A program made the position numbers and the translations under genes. From NCBI GenBank assembly GCA_965218975.1, contig OZ244717.1, forward strand, positions 576,001 through 640,000: 64,000 nt of DNA, read 5' to 3'. This document shows, in pieces, positions 51,269-60,600 of the stretch (within the stretch, counting starts at the first letter, position 1; each line of letters opens with the position of its first letter). This DNA is from Candidatus Oxydemutatoraceae bacterium (GTDB lineage Bacteria > Pseudomonadota > Gammaproteobacteria > Poriferisulfidales > Oxydemutatoraceae). The notes under the pieces were generated by a model. That model made no database searches and was not told where the DNA came from. It saw only the letters and a program-made list of their open reading frames with translations.

Positions 51269-52213
51269 ATGAAAAAAAGCAAATACAGTAACACGTTGAG
51301 CCTGTTTAATGCTATGAAAAAGTTTCCAACAAATGAGCAGGCTACCAAACATTTGGAAATAGTGCGTTGGGGAGGCAAGGCAAAGTGCCTATATTGTTTA
51401 ACGCGCAATAAAATATCAGCGCGTAAAACCATAGGTCGCACGGCTGGACAATATCGTTGTAATTGTTGCCACAAAGAATTTACGGTGCGGACTGGCACTA
51501 TCTTTGAAAAATCTCATTTACCATTGAATAAATGGATGTTTGCTATTTACTTAGTACAAACTGCACGCAAGGGCATATCATCGTTACAATTAAGTAAAGA
51601 ATTAGGCATTACTCAAAAGACAGCGTGGTTTATGCTTCACCGTATCCGCGAGGCGTGTAAAGGTGATTTGACCAAACTAACCGGCATTGTAGAGATAGAC
51701 GAAACCTATATTGGCGGGAAAGAAAAAAACAAACATAAAAACAAGCGATTAAAGGCTGCCCGTGGAGCAGTTGGTAAAACTGCTATAGATGGTATGCGTG
51801 AACGCAAAGGCAAGGTTGAAGCAATGCTGATTGATAACACAGACCAACATACACTACAAACGGCGATTCACCGCAATATCAATGTCGGTAGTCAGTTATA
51901 CACCGATGATCATCGCGGTTATGCTGGATTGGATGGCGTGCTATATCAGCATAAAAGTGTTAAGCATTCCGCTAACGAATATGTAAATGGTATGGCGCAT
52001 ACCAACGGCATAGAAAGTGTGTGGGCGGTGTTAAAGCGCGGCGTTAATGGGACCTATCACAACATTACCACCAAACATTTACAGCGTTATGTTGGTGAAT
52101 TTACGTTTCGGTTGAATGAGGGCAACGTTGAGCGACACACAAAACGACGCATAGACAGTGTGCTTGCGGGGGCGATAGACAAACGATTAACATACAAAAG
52201 GCTAATATCATAA
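51269..52213 (+). CDS. IS1595-family transposase
   Basis: Zn ribbon CLYC..CNCC, GTIFEKSHLPL, KGISSLQL, EIDETYIGG, YTDD, HTNGIESVW, RLTYKRL. Confidence 0.93.
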   Translation: MKKSKYSNTLSLFNAMKKFPTNEQATKHLEIVRWGGKAKCLYCLTRNKISARKTIGRTAGQYRCNCCHKEFTVRTGTIFEKSHLPLNKWMFAIYLVQTARKGISSLQLSKELGITQKTAWFMLHRIREACKGDLTKLTGIVEIDETYIGGKEKNKHKNKRLKAARGAVGKTAIDGMRERKGKVEAMLIDNTDQHTLQTAIHRNINVGSQLYTDDHRGYAGLDGVLYQHKSVKHSANEYVNGMAHTNGIESVWAVLKRGVNGTYHNITTKHLQRYVGEFTFRLNEGNVERHTKRRIDSVLAGAIDKRLTYKRLIS

Positions 52214-52854
52214 TGCCTTCTATTACCGCACAACAGTTTAATACTGCATTGCAGATTATATTGGATGTAAAACCTATTACCCCGATAGGGCGTATCGCTA
52301 ATTATATGAAAGAAACCAAGTATCCCAATGGGTTACATGCAGGTGATGATGGCCGGATACTTGGTATATGGGTTATGGGCAATAACTATAAAGTTAAATC
52401 AGACTATTATGGTGGTTATCCTGCTGGTTATCTGAGGCGCATTAAAGCATTATTCCCTGACAAGCATAATCCCTTGCATTTATTTTCCGGTAAAGTTGAG
52501 TTGGATATTTTGGGGGGGGATACAGTAGATATGGATGAGGAATTAGAGCCAACATTTATTGATGATGCGCAAACATTAGTAAATGTACCGATAGAAGAAT
52601 ACGATTTGATATTGGCTGATCCGCCATACTCGGTTGAAGACGCAGACCATTATAAACCGACAATGGTTAAGCGAAATAAAGTTATGAGTTCATTGGGCAA
52701 ACGGGCAGTAAAAGGAACTCATGTGGTATGGTTAGACCAAGTGTTACCGATGTATCGTAAAGATCAATGGGATATGATTGGACTGATAGGAATGGTTAAA
52801 AGCACTAATCACAGATTTAGAGTTATAAGCATTTTTGAGAAATGCGCAAGTTAG
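52213..52854 (+). CDS. Compact amino (probably N6-adenine) DNA methyltransferase
   Basis: Motif I-like LHLFSG, TVD, DDAQ, motif IV ADPPY; 213 aa. Confidence 0.75.
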   Translation: MPSITAQQFNTALQIILDVKPITPIGRIANYMKETKYPNGLHAGDDGRILGIWVMGNNYKVKSDYYGGYPAGYLRRIKALFPDKHNPLHLFSGKVELDILGGDTVDMDEELEPTFIDDAQTLVNVPIEEYDLILADPPYSVEDADHYKPTMVKRNKVMSSLGKRAVKGTHVVWLDQVLPMYRKDQWDMIGLIGMVKSTNHRFRVISIFEKCAS

Positions 52855-53312
52855 AGTTAGAGCATAAATACGTGCTTGATTTAACCGATAAAATTCAGTT
52901 GGGGCCGATAAAAAGGCAGGTATTATATGAGCGTTTAACAGACGCACGCATATCTGGTTTGTTAGTTGAGGATTTGGCTGATGCTATCTATAACAACGTT
53001 ACCAAATCACCATCCCCAGCGTCCTCGTATGATCTAATGGATGATGATGGCAATAAGTACGAAAGCAGGATTGTAAATATGAGGGGTGCTTCTTTAATCC
53101 CTGCAAATCAGGTCGGGAGTGGTCGCCGCTATAATCGCGAAAATCATTTAGCGAAATTGGCAAGTTTATACGCATATTTGTTTGTAGATGTAAGAAGTTC
53201 GCCAGTGTTTAGTATAGTGGCATTCCCCGTAGGGATTTTGGGGGAGCGTAAAAGAATAACGACTATCCGGTTTGATGAACTAGTGAAGCCTATTCCAGTT
53301 ACTAATATATGA
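52842..53312 (+). CDS. Putative small restriction endonuclease (PD-(D/E)xK-like)
   Basis: E..SYDL..DGNKYESR resembles a PD-(D/E)xK core; overlaps the methyltransferase. Confidence 0.5.
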   Translation: MRKLELEHKYVLDLTDKIQLGPIKRQVLYERLTDARISGLLVEDLADAIYNNVTKSPSPASSYDLMDDDGNKYESRIVNMRGASLIPANQVGSGRRYNRENHLAKLASLYAYLFVDVRSSPVFSIVAFPVGILGERKRITTIRFDELVKPIPVTNI

Positions 53313-53496
53313 ATAGGAGTAAAGTATATAATTCCCATTTAAATCAACCCGATTTTTAAGGTCTTTATAGCCGCGTTCTTTACTAAAAATTGCGGCAAAC
53401 ATCAATTTCCCCATTGGCCAATCTCAAATCTCAAGAGTATCATACTTACTTTCATTTTCTTCAGTTACAACCCTGCCAAAATGAGGGCATCATATT

Positions 53497-54246
53497 TCAG
53501 CCGAGCACATCGGGAAACTTTTGCAGTATTTCCTTATGCAGGGACTCAATTGCATCTGAAGTACGTTTCTCCTCAGTGAAAAGCGGCAAGTCGGCAACGA
53601 GCGTTGCCGGCCGTTGCGCCACAATCAACAAGCGATTGCCAAGGAGTAAGGCTTCGCGCAGATTATGTGTGACAAATAACACTTTGCGCGGTGCAATTTC
53701 CAGTTGCGATTGCAACAGTTTGCGCAATTGCATTGCGGTGAGCTCGTCAATGGATGAGAAAGGCTCGTCCATCAACAGCAAAGGGGCATTCACGGCGAAT
53801 GCACGCGCTAAAGCAACGCGACGACACATCCCTAGAGACAGGGTTGCGGGATACTGATCAACCGCGTGTTGCAGCTTCATTCTTTCAAGCAGCCAGTCGA
53901 CGTTATCTTGTTGCTGCGGGTTTTGTAATACCAGAGTGATATTTTCTCTGACCGTGCGCCACGGCAATAAACGGGATTCCTGAAATACATAGGATAGCGG
54001 CAGACTGTCTTTATCGAACGGCGGCAAAGTGATGTTGCCGCAATAGTCACGATCAAGATTGGCAACGAGGTTAAGCAGAGTTGTTTTGCCGCAGCCTGAC
54101 GGGCCTGTGATCATCACCACTTCGGTATTGCGAACCTGAAATTCTATATCACGCAGGATGGTCGTCTGTTCACCGTTGTAGCCAATAAATTTCTTATGCT
54201 TGATATTGACACGTAGAGGCGAGAAATGAATGTCTAAATCCGCCAT
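53497..54246 (-). CDS. NitT/TauT-family ABC transporter ATPase
   Basis: GPSGCGKT, LSLGMCRR, MDEPFSSID, VTH. Confidence 0.9.
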   Translation of the reverse strand: MADLDIHFSPLRVNIKHKKFIGYNGEQTTILRDIEFQVRNTEVVMITGPSGCGKTTLLNLVANLDRDYCGNITLPPFDKDSLPLSYVFQESRLLPWRTVRENITLVLQNPQQQDNVDWLLERMKLQHAVDQYPATLSLGMCRRVALARAFAVNAPLLLMDEPFSSIDELTAMQLRKLLQSQLEIAPRKVLFVTHNLREALLLGNRLLIVAQRPATLVADLPLFTEEKRTSDAIESLHKEILQKFPDVLG

Positions 54247-55010
54247 CTATTAACATGCCTCTCGAAAGGCTGAATGAATAACAATTCAACAACCTGCATA
54301 ATAATAATGAATGTCAATCCCCATGCCATGATCGCGGCAATATCGAATAGCTGAAAATATAGGTACAGCTGGAACCCGACACCGTCGCTGCGCCCCAATA
54401 GTTCGACCACTAGTACGATCTTCCAGATCAGCGCAATGCCGGAACGGGTTGCGACAGCGATATACGGTGCTAGCTCAGGCAATATGAGGTGACGCAACTT
54501 TTTCTGCCACCCAAAGCGAAAGATCGTTGCCATTTGTTGTAAATTAGAGTCCATCGCCCTGACCCCCTCACGTATAGTAACCACGACATTCGGTATCTTA
54601 TTGACCGCGACCGCGGTGACTGCCGCAACCTCGGTCAGTCCCATCCAGATATAAGCTAGGATGATAACGATCAAGGCCGGTAAATTCAGGAAAAATAGCA
54701 ACCAGGGATCCAATATGTTATTGGTCTTTTTGTTTCTCCCCATTAAAAAGCCGATGATGATACCGATCACCATCGACAGGATAAAACTTGCGATAACGCG
54801 CCATAAGGTAATCCCCGTATGCACAAACAACTCTCCGTTTTCCGCTTCACGGGCGATGATATTGAAAACAGTCAGCGGTGAGGGCAGTAGTTTTTCGCCT
54901 ACGAACAGCGCCCCGGTCCACCACAACAGAATAAGTACACCAAGCGATGCGATAGGTGTAATGCGCAGTCGCTTTCCTACGGGATTGCTTTCAAAGTATC
55001 TAATCCGCAT
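54234..55010 (-). CDS. NitT/TauT-family ABC permease
   Basis: LPSP, WKIVLVVELLG..GVG; multiple TMs. Confidence 0.9.
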   Translation of the reverse strand: MRIRYFESNPVGKRLRITPIASLGVLILLWWTGALFVGEKLLPSPLTVFNIIAREAENGELFVHTGITLWRVIASFILSMVIGIIIGFLMGRNKKTNNILDPWLLFFLNLPALIVIILAYIWMGLTEVAAVTAVAVNKIPNVVVTIREGVRAMDSNLQQMATIFRFGWQKKLRHLILPELAPYIAVATRSGIALIWKIVLVVELLGRSDGVGFQLYLYFQLFDIAAIMAWGLTFIIIMQVVELLFIQPFERHVNRWRI

Positions 55011-55107
55011 CTCTCATACAGGATTGCTCGTTTATCTCCACACTGATTGGGCAGTATTGATCCGGCATATCTCAGGCGTCGCCTACCTTTGGGCATTTAT
55101 TATGTAA

Positions 55108-56073
55108 CTAGAAACGGACCCCGTCCCAGAAAGTTCCGTCGGCAAGATTTTTGTGCATTCCGACCATGGTTTTGCCGGCAAGAGACGCGAGCACATTGAA
55201 CAACTGTGTTGCCCCGATGCGTTCTGAATCGCCCCAGCGTTGCGGGACACCGGCGCGATAGCGGTTGCGTAACGTGCGGAAGCCAGCTTCGTCCTTGGCC
55301 TGCATTAACGGGCGCAGCCTTTCCCATTCGGCATCGCTGGTGAGCAATATCTGTCGCGCTTTACGCACTGCCGCATTGAATTTTTCGATGGCGCCGTTAC
55401 GTGCCCATGTCGTCCTGAAAATATAACCGACCATCGGCAATGTTGTATTCTGTGTGAATTCTTTGACTATATCCTGCATTTCTACCAGCCTGCGGTAGCC
55501 TTGCGCTTCAAGACGCGCGCAATAATGCCAGAAGTTAAGCACGGCATCCAGATTGCCGTGTTCAATCTGACCGTTTAATAGCGGAGGCGCTGCATATTGT
55601 GTATCAAACATACTTAACGGATCAAAGTTGTAATGTTTTTGTGCCCAAGCGCGCAACAGTAGCCATGATTTGTCATAAGCTCCGCCCGCAATGCCAACAC
55701 GCTGCCCGCGCAAATCCGCGAGCTGTTGCGCTTTGGACCCGGGAGGCACCATTATTGCGCCGAGTGCACCGGAGTAAGGAATAAAACTGAAATCTTCTCC
55801 ATTATGGCGTTCGCGCGATACCCACAACCAATCACCGACAATGAGGTCCGCTTGCTTGCTCTGGAAGGCTATTTTTGTCGCTTGACTGTTTGAAAATGGA
55901 ATTATTTCAAGCGCGATACCCTGCGCGCGGTCCAGCTTATGATGGCGAACTACATCCAGCTCCCAGTTGACGGTGCCGAATTTTAATGTTCCGGCCCGTA
56001 TCAATTCAATCGCCTGTACCGAACCGACGAGTAGACCAAGCAGTATGAACAATCCTGTTTTTATCAATGTCAT
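55108..56073 (-). CDS. NitT/TauT-family ABC substrate-binding protein (PQQ-cluster type)
   Basis: Signal peptide, GTVNWELDV, DWLWVSR, DKSWLLL, LNFWHY. Confidence 0.85.
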   Translation of the reverse strand: MTLIKTGLFILLGLLVGSVQAIELIRAGTLKFGTVNWELDVVRHHKLDRAQGIALEIIPFSNSQATKIAFQSKQADLIVGDWLWVSRERHNGEDFSFIPYSGALGAIMVPPGSKAQQLADLRGQRVGIAGGAYDKSWLLLRAWAQKHYNFDPLSMFDTQYAAPPLLNGQIEHGNLDAVLNFWHYCARLEAQGYRRLVEMQDIVKEFTQNTTLPMVGYIFRTTWARNGAIEKFNAAVRKARQILLTSDAEWERLRPLMQAKDEAGFRTLRNRYRAGVPQRWGDSERIGATQLFNVLASLAGKTMVGMHKNLADGTFWDGVRF

Positions 56074-56119
56074 TGCAATACCGATTAGTTAAAAAGCAGG
56101 ACTTTGCAAATCTGCTATT

Positions 56120-56482
56120 TCAGTGGCGGAAACCATACTCAAGAACAAAGAACTGAGGTTTCAAATGGGCGAGCGGCTGCCGAAGTTTTTCCAGCTCTTC
56201 TTTCACGCCATGGATTTCCAAACGGCTGAGATCGGAGATTTTGAGGATTTCATCAAGCAGCGAAGCAATGTTTTCAAGATGCGCCAATACACCTGAAGCA
56301 TCCGCATAGCCTTCCCGACAATACGCCAGCTCGCCGTTAAAGCTGAAACCATAATAAAGACATTTTGGTTCGTCGTTGGTTTTTGCCACGAGCTTTTGGC
56401 ATAACTGCTTAAAATTTTCCATCTCGCCGGGCGCAATTTTGAAGTAGGGTACGAGCGTACAACATTTGTCTTGAGTTGCCAC
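56120..56482 (-). CDS. ABM-like (dimeric alpha-beta barrel) protein
   Basis: EPKCLYYGF, CREGYADA..VLAHL; AGGAG RBS before GTG. Confidence 0.7.
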   Translation of the reverse strand: MATQDKCCTLVPYFKIAPGEMENFKQLCQKLVAKTNDEPKCLYYGFSFNGELAYCREGYADASGVLAHLENIASLLDEILKISDLSRLEIHGVKEELEKLRQPLAHLKPQFFVLEYGFRH

Positions 56483-56492
56483 AATATTCTCC

Positions 56493-56508
56493 TTTAGTCT
56501 AGACTAAA
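56493..56508. promoter_or_regulatory. Perfect 16-bp palindrome, probable operator
   Basis: TTTAGTCTAGACTAAA abutting the RBS of the gene starting at 56482. Confidence 0.55.
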
Positions 56509-56731
56509 CTATACCGCATAAACGCACTCTATGCACATTGGTTTTAGCGACGCAATGGGGCAATCCCTCAAGTGCCCTTACGGGTTCGGGGGGATTCGAA
56601 ATTCGTGTGTGCCGTAATGATCTATGAAAATATGTTGGAATTTGAGGATTTTTCTGGTAGGTTAAATACCTAATTTCCTAATGTCGGATGTATGCTGAAT
56701 ATTGGGAGATGGTTTTCAGATTGATGTATAG

Positions 56732-57373
56732 ATGTGTAGAGCAAACGCAATTATTTTTATCGTAGCGCTTATGGTGTGCATGAACGGGCCCGCCCAAGCG
56801 CAGTATCCGGGGGCTGCGCCCGAGTGGTGGCCCTGTGCCCAACGTTATGTGCCCGAGCTTTCTGCCGGTGTGTTTTGGACCGGAGCATTGCCCAAAGACG
56901 GTGCATGGCAGAGCTATCAAAACATTGTAGAATTAGCCGCTGTAGTAACCGATCGCAATTTACCGCTCGCGCAAGCAGTGGCAATGCTCAAAGAATTTTT
57001 CGGCGAACGGAACGGCGCTAAACCCGAGGCGGCGCAACTGCTTGCCGGCGCAATGACCGAAGCCGCCAATATGCGACGTGACCGAGTGATGGCAGGGATT
57101 CGGCGTTTCGGCGAACGACAGCAGATGATGGTCATGCGCATAGAAAAGCAGGCTAATAAAATTGGCGATATTGAACAAGGCAAGGAACCGGCGGCGACGC
57201 TTAACGATCTGCGAGCACGCCAAAAGTGGGATATTCGGGTGTTTGAGGAGCGTGAAAAGCTGACTGCTGCTTTATGCGAGCAGCCTGTGCTTTTAGAGCA
57301 GCGGCTTTTTAGCTTGGGCAGGAATCTCGCAACGTATTCGGAAAACGCGGTTCAATCTTCTCCTTCCGAGTAA
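56732..57373 (+). CDS. Exported protein of PQQ-dehydrogenase clusters (hypothetical)
   Basis: Signal peptide, WPCAQRYVPELS, WDIRVFEER..LCEQPVLLEQRLF. Confidence 0.7.
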   Translation: MCRANAIIFIVALMVCMNGPAQAQYPGAAPEWWPCAQRYVPELSAGVFWTGALPKDGAWQSYQNIVELAAVVTDRNLPLAQAVAMLKEFFGERNGAKPEAAQLLAGAMTEAANMRRDRVMAGIRRFGERQQMMVMRIEKQANKIGDIEQGKEPAATLNDLRARQKWDIRVFEEREKLTAALCEQPVLLEQRLFSLGRNLATYSENAVQSSPSE

Positions 57374-57401
57374 GATTCGGGGAATGAAGTTTGGGGCCTT
57401 G

Positions 57402-57839
57402 TTAGCAACGTATGCTGTCAAAATTGACCAACGGCAGATTAAACATTGGGGTTTTGACCCGCACATGGTTTTCATACAGCCATTGAAATTGGATTTTATG
57501 CGCTTCTATCTCGCGCGCTTTCCAGGTTGAACAGGCGTTCCCAAGTTGCGGCAAACGTATCTGTTCCTGCACGTAATGGACAATTTCATGCAGCAAAATA
57601 CTACGCGCGTGCATATCGGACCGGATATCCCGGTCGTCTCTTAGATAAATGACTTTGTCTTGATACGAGAACCATGCCTCAACATCGCATTGAGGGATAT
57701 CACAGGCTTTTGCCGCGATATTTTCTTGTGTGGTGAAACGGACTTCGGGAGGCGGAAAAGGGACTTCAATTAGGTGCATTGCTTGTTGAGTGTACAGTAA
57801 CAGCGCAGATATGATTCCGGTTATGGCTGCTGTTTCCAT
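57402..57839 (-). CDS. Hypothetical HExxH-motif protein
   Basis: LLHEIVHYVQ plus downstream EIEA. Confidence 0.65.
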   Translation of the reverse strand: METAAITGIISALLLYTQQAMHLIEVPFPPPEVRFTTQENIAAKACDIPQCDVEAWFSYQDKVIYLRDDRDIRSDMHARSILLHEIVHYVQEQIRLPQLGNACSTWKAREIEAHKIQFQWLYENHVRVKTPMFNLPLVNFDSIRC

Positions 57840-57885
57840 GTACGGGCTATCCGGGCTTATCGCGCAAAATTACGTGTCGATATAT

Positions 57886-58704
57886 TCAGCTTTGTGTCAA
57901 AGGCCACTGCGACGCGAATATTTTCTTGCGCGAGTCAACGACTTGAACCGATAGCGCTTGAGTTTTATCGGTCGGCATATATGCGAAGTCAAAACTGGGA
58001 TTTTCGCTGAACGAAATATCTCCCTTGACCGCAAAGATTACATCACCGACCTCGTTCTTAACCTCAACGGTTTCTATATAGTGCGGAGGAATAAAGTAAG
58101 TTGTGATCTGATCCTTTTGCAGACCCGAATAATTCGGATGCATGATTGAGAGGTGGAAACTGTAAGCGTTGCCAGGTGCAACAGGTTTCTCCTGCGTTAA
58201 GCTGGTTTTGCCCATCATCAGTTTGGCCATGGCATCATCACCCATAGGCGGCGCCGAACATCCGCCTGAAGCCTTAACAAAAACGGTGCTCATATACAGT
58301 TCGCCTTTGTTGGTTTGCGCGATAGCGCGCACGGTGCTGTACTCGTTGACTCGAATGCGCGTGCCGATGCTTGCCGACGTTTGCGGCGATAAGCTAAAAT
58401 GGGCTGCTATAGGCGAAGGGTTTTTATCGACAACTAGATAGTGGTCGGTAATAAACTCTGTGCCGTTTTGCGGGTAAGAGGAAAGAATCTTGACGGTGAC
58501 GTCACCGCCGTTGGCCGGACGGGCGGGCACATCCAAACTAATCACTCCGGCGCCGTCTCGGACCGGCCGGTCCTTAAACAGGTAATGCCGGATGTCTTTC
58601 CAGGCGCGCTCATCTTTTTGTTCTACGGACCAGACCGTTCCGATCGCCAGTGTTGTGCCTGCCGCCACAGTTGAGATTAGAAATTTACGTCGAGCTAATT
58701 CCAT
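57886..58704 (-). CDS. Quinoprotein dehydrogenase-associated fused SoxYZ-like carrier
   Basis: Tat motif RRKFL, VDKNPSP, VKASGGCSAPP, HPNYSGLQ, SENP. Confidence 0.88.
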   Translation of the reverse strand: MELARRKFLISTVAAGTTLAIGTVWSVEQKDERAWKDIRHYLFKDRPVRDGAGVISLDVPARPANGGDVTVKILSSYPQNGTEFITDHYLVVDKNPSPIAAHFSLSPQTSASIGTRIRVNEYSTVRAIAQTNKGELYMSTVFVKASGGCSAPPMGDDAMAKLMMGKTSLTQEKPVAPGNAYSFHLSIMHPNYSGLQKDQITTYFIPPHYIETVEVKNEVGDVIFAVKGDISFSENPSFDFAYMPTDKTQALSVQVVDSRKKIFASQWPLTQS

Positions 58705-58771
58705 GACAACCCCCTGTTTTTTTTTTAGCCTGTCGGGATTATATCATCGGATGGGCGTTACATAGTGAAAT

Positions 58772-58846
58772 TGTTATGCACTAACTTAAGAGGGTGTAAG
58801 CGGACACGCGAAATGAGGGAAAGGGACACAACTTGAGGGGAAATTA
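58772..58846 (+). mobile_element. Putative transposon/Mu-like terminus with repeated binding sites
   Basis: TGT followed by three CAC..GAGGG motifs; 58814-58846 recurs as a direct repeat at 60603-60636. Confidence 0.5.
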
Positions 58847-58888
58847 GTCCGGATGCAGGATTACCAGGGCTCTGATCGTTCAATTTAC

Positions 58889-59013
58889 AATAGAAACCTT
58901 TCTGCCTATGCGTTCCACGCAGACAGGTGATGCGATGACCGATGTGCTGATATTGCATGTCGGACACTTTTTTGAGTCGTGCCATAAGTCCTGTATGTAT
59001 CCGGACACGCACA
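58889..59013 (-). mobile_element. Diverged IS481 type A left-end relic with a 27-bp palindromic insertion
   Basis: Minus strand TGTGCGTGTCCGGATACATAC.. encoding MQYQHIGHRI[TCLRGTHRQ]KGFY. Confidence 0.75.
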
Positions 59014-59023
59014 AGTTAATGCC

Positions 59024-59680
59024 CTAGGCAATACTTCCATTCAAATCATACAGTTCACACATTTGCGCTAAAAATTGCGTTTGTCCACCATAACTAGGAT
59101 GACGTACTTGAATAACTTTGTCTCGTTTATCTCGAGCGCATAAGCGGAGCGCTGTTTGCATTGCATCATTGCCTATTGCAATCAACCGACCCGGCTTCAA
59201 CAGCCGAATAAGTTGGGAGAGAAATTCCTCACCGGATCGTTGCTCGAAAGAATTATGAGGGCGGTTACTGAAAGGGCTGTGAGGCTCGTGAGGGTGTAGT
59301 GGAAAAACATTCCAAAGAAAGACAGATGCGTCAACTCGTGAAAGAACCTGCCAGATGACAGCCGCAGTTCGCTCAATAACCACTTTCCCCCTCGTTGGCC
59401 GATTTATAGATAAACCCCACCGCTGAGCGTGAGCATGAATATGAACATCATCTGTTAAGGCAAGCCCTGTTCTCCTGCCGCCACGATAGCCCAGATCGCG
59501 TCCAATCCAGAGAGAATCAATTTCCTGTTCTGTTGCTACCTCAAGCATGGATTGCAACATCTGTGCTCTACTACGCGGTGCGTCATCCAAGTCGTGAACA
59601 GCACAACGGTTTGAATAAGGATTAAACGTATTTTCAAAATTCAACCCACACAATTCTCCCACATATTGGGCCGGCCTCAT
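59024..59680 (-). CDS. Uracil-DNA glycosylase superfamily protein (divergent)
   Basis: GRDLGYRGGRRTG..LTD, LWNVFPLHPH, SNRP, VRHPSYGG. Confidence 0.8.
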   Translation of the reverse strand: MRPAQYVGELCGLNFENTFNPYSNRCAVHDLDDAPRSRAQMLQSMLEVATEQEIDSLWIGRDLGYRGGRRTGLALTDDVHIHAHAQRWGLSINRPTRGKVVIERTAAVIWQVLSRVDASVFLWNVFPLHPHEPHSPFSNRPHNSFEQRSGEEFLSQLIRLLKPGRLIAIGNDAMQTALRLCARDKRDKVIQVRHPSYGGQTQFLAQMCELYDLNGSIA

Positions 59681-59697
59681 GTCTTACCCTTTCTCAT

Positions 59698-60453
59698 CTA
59701 TTGACTTGTACTTAATAGTACGGGTTCCTCTCTGTTTGTTTTTGGCCCTGCCGGAATTTCATCGTATGTGCGATTATTAAGTATTCGACCATTTCGGTGC
59801 TTTTGAACGCCACCCCATTGTTTGAAAAAGAACGATGCGCCAAACGTTCTGCACTGATCCTTGATTGACAGAACCCAATCTTCTTTCATTGGTCTTGCGC
59901 CGGGCCCGGACTCTCCGCCGACAATAACCCAGTGAATACCTCTTAACGGCAGATCATCGACAGGACCAATCAGTGGTTCACAAGAGAGAAAACGTGTATG
60001 AGAAGGAACTTCCCGCAAATCATGGATACGCTGATAAACCCGATCGTCTTCTACACTAACACCCATCCAGATATTTGGTGTCCACTTGAGCTTGTTCGCC
60101 AGGGATTTCAGGCGCCCGCTGCGTTTGGTGAGAATCTGGAAAATGTGTTGGGAACAATCGTTCATCGTTTTGAATGCTTGCTCGATAAATCCGGTTGGTA
60201 CGTTTTGGTGGAAAATATCGCTCATGGAGTTGACGAATATCATGCGGGGTGAGCGCCATTTGCGGGGCGCATCCAATAAATCTTCGTGCAACGTTAGTTT
60301 GAAACCGTTTCGGTAGCGCTTATTTCCCATCAATTTGAGGCGACGGGACATACGTTCCGCATAGCAGTGCTTGCAGCCGGCACTGACCTTCGTGCAGCCC
60401 GTGACGGGGTTCCAAGTCATTTCAGTCCATTCAATTTTGGAGCGGGATGTCAT
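59698..60453 (-). CDS. DUF5131 (phage Gp37/Gp68) family protein
   Basis: IEWT..TWNPVTGCTKVSAGCKHCYA, FVNSMSD, LTKR, SCEPL, WVIVGGESG, FFKQWGG. Confidence 0.93.
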   Translation of the reverse strand: MTSRSKIEWTEMTWNPVTGCTKVSAGCKHCYAERMSRRLKLMGNKRYRNGFKLTLHEDLLDAPRKWRSPRMIFVNSMSDIFHQNVPTGFIEQAFKTMNDCSQHIFQILTKRSGRLKSLANKLKWTPNIWMGVSVEDDRVYQRIHDLREVPSHTRFLSCEPLIGPVDDLPLRGIHWVIVGGESGPGARPMKEDWVLSIKDQCRTFGASFFFKQWGGVQKHRNGRILNNRTYDEIPAGPKTNREEPVLLSTSQ

Positions 60454-60458
60454 CTTAA

Positions 60459-60600
60459 TTATCTACTCGCGTTTAGAATATAGCCGGCACACTTCTTTGC
60501 CAAAGCGATTGCGTTTGGTGAATCATTTCCAACACAGAATATGAACTCATAGAGCGGCGACTTTCTCGAGTTTACCAATGTCTTTGATTTTTCCATTAAT
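60459..60600 (-). pseudogene. 3' remnant of a three-Cys-motif partner protein (TcmP-like)
   Basis: LVNSRKSPLYEFIFCVGN..AIALAKKCAGYIL* resembles TcmP C-termini; directly upstream of DUF5131 and cut at the 60601 repeat. Confidence 0.6.

Larger units (their letters stand above)
51240..53336 (+). mobile_element. IS1595-family element with two passenger genes; left terminus apparently lost
   Basis: AT-rich block, transposase plus two coupled ORFs, ending GGAGTAAAGTATATAATTCCC (IS1595-like terminus); no matching inverted end found upstream. Confidence 0.65.

Noticed and set aside
56520-56700. Possible ncRNA or riboswitch in the divergent intergenic region
   Set aside because: Only short weak stems; no tRNA or riboswitch consensus recognised.
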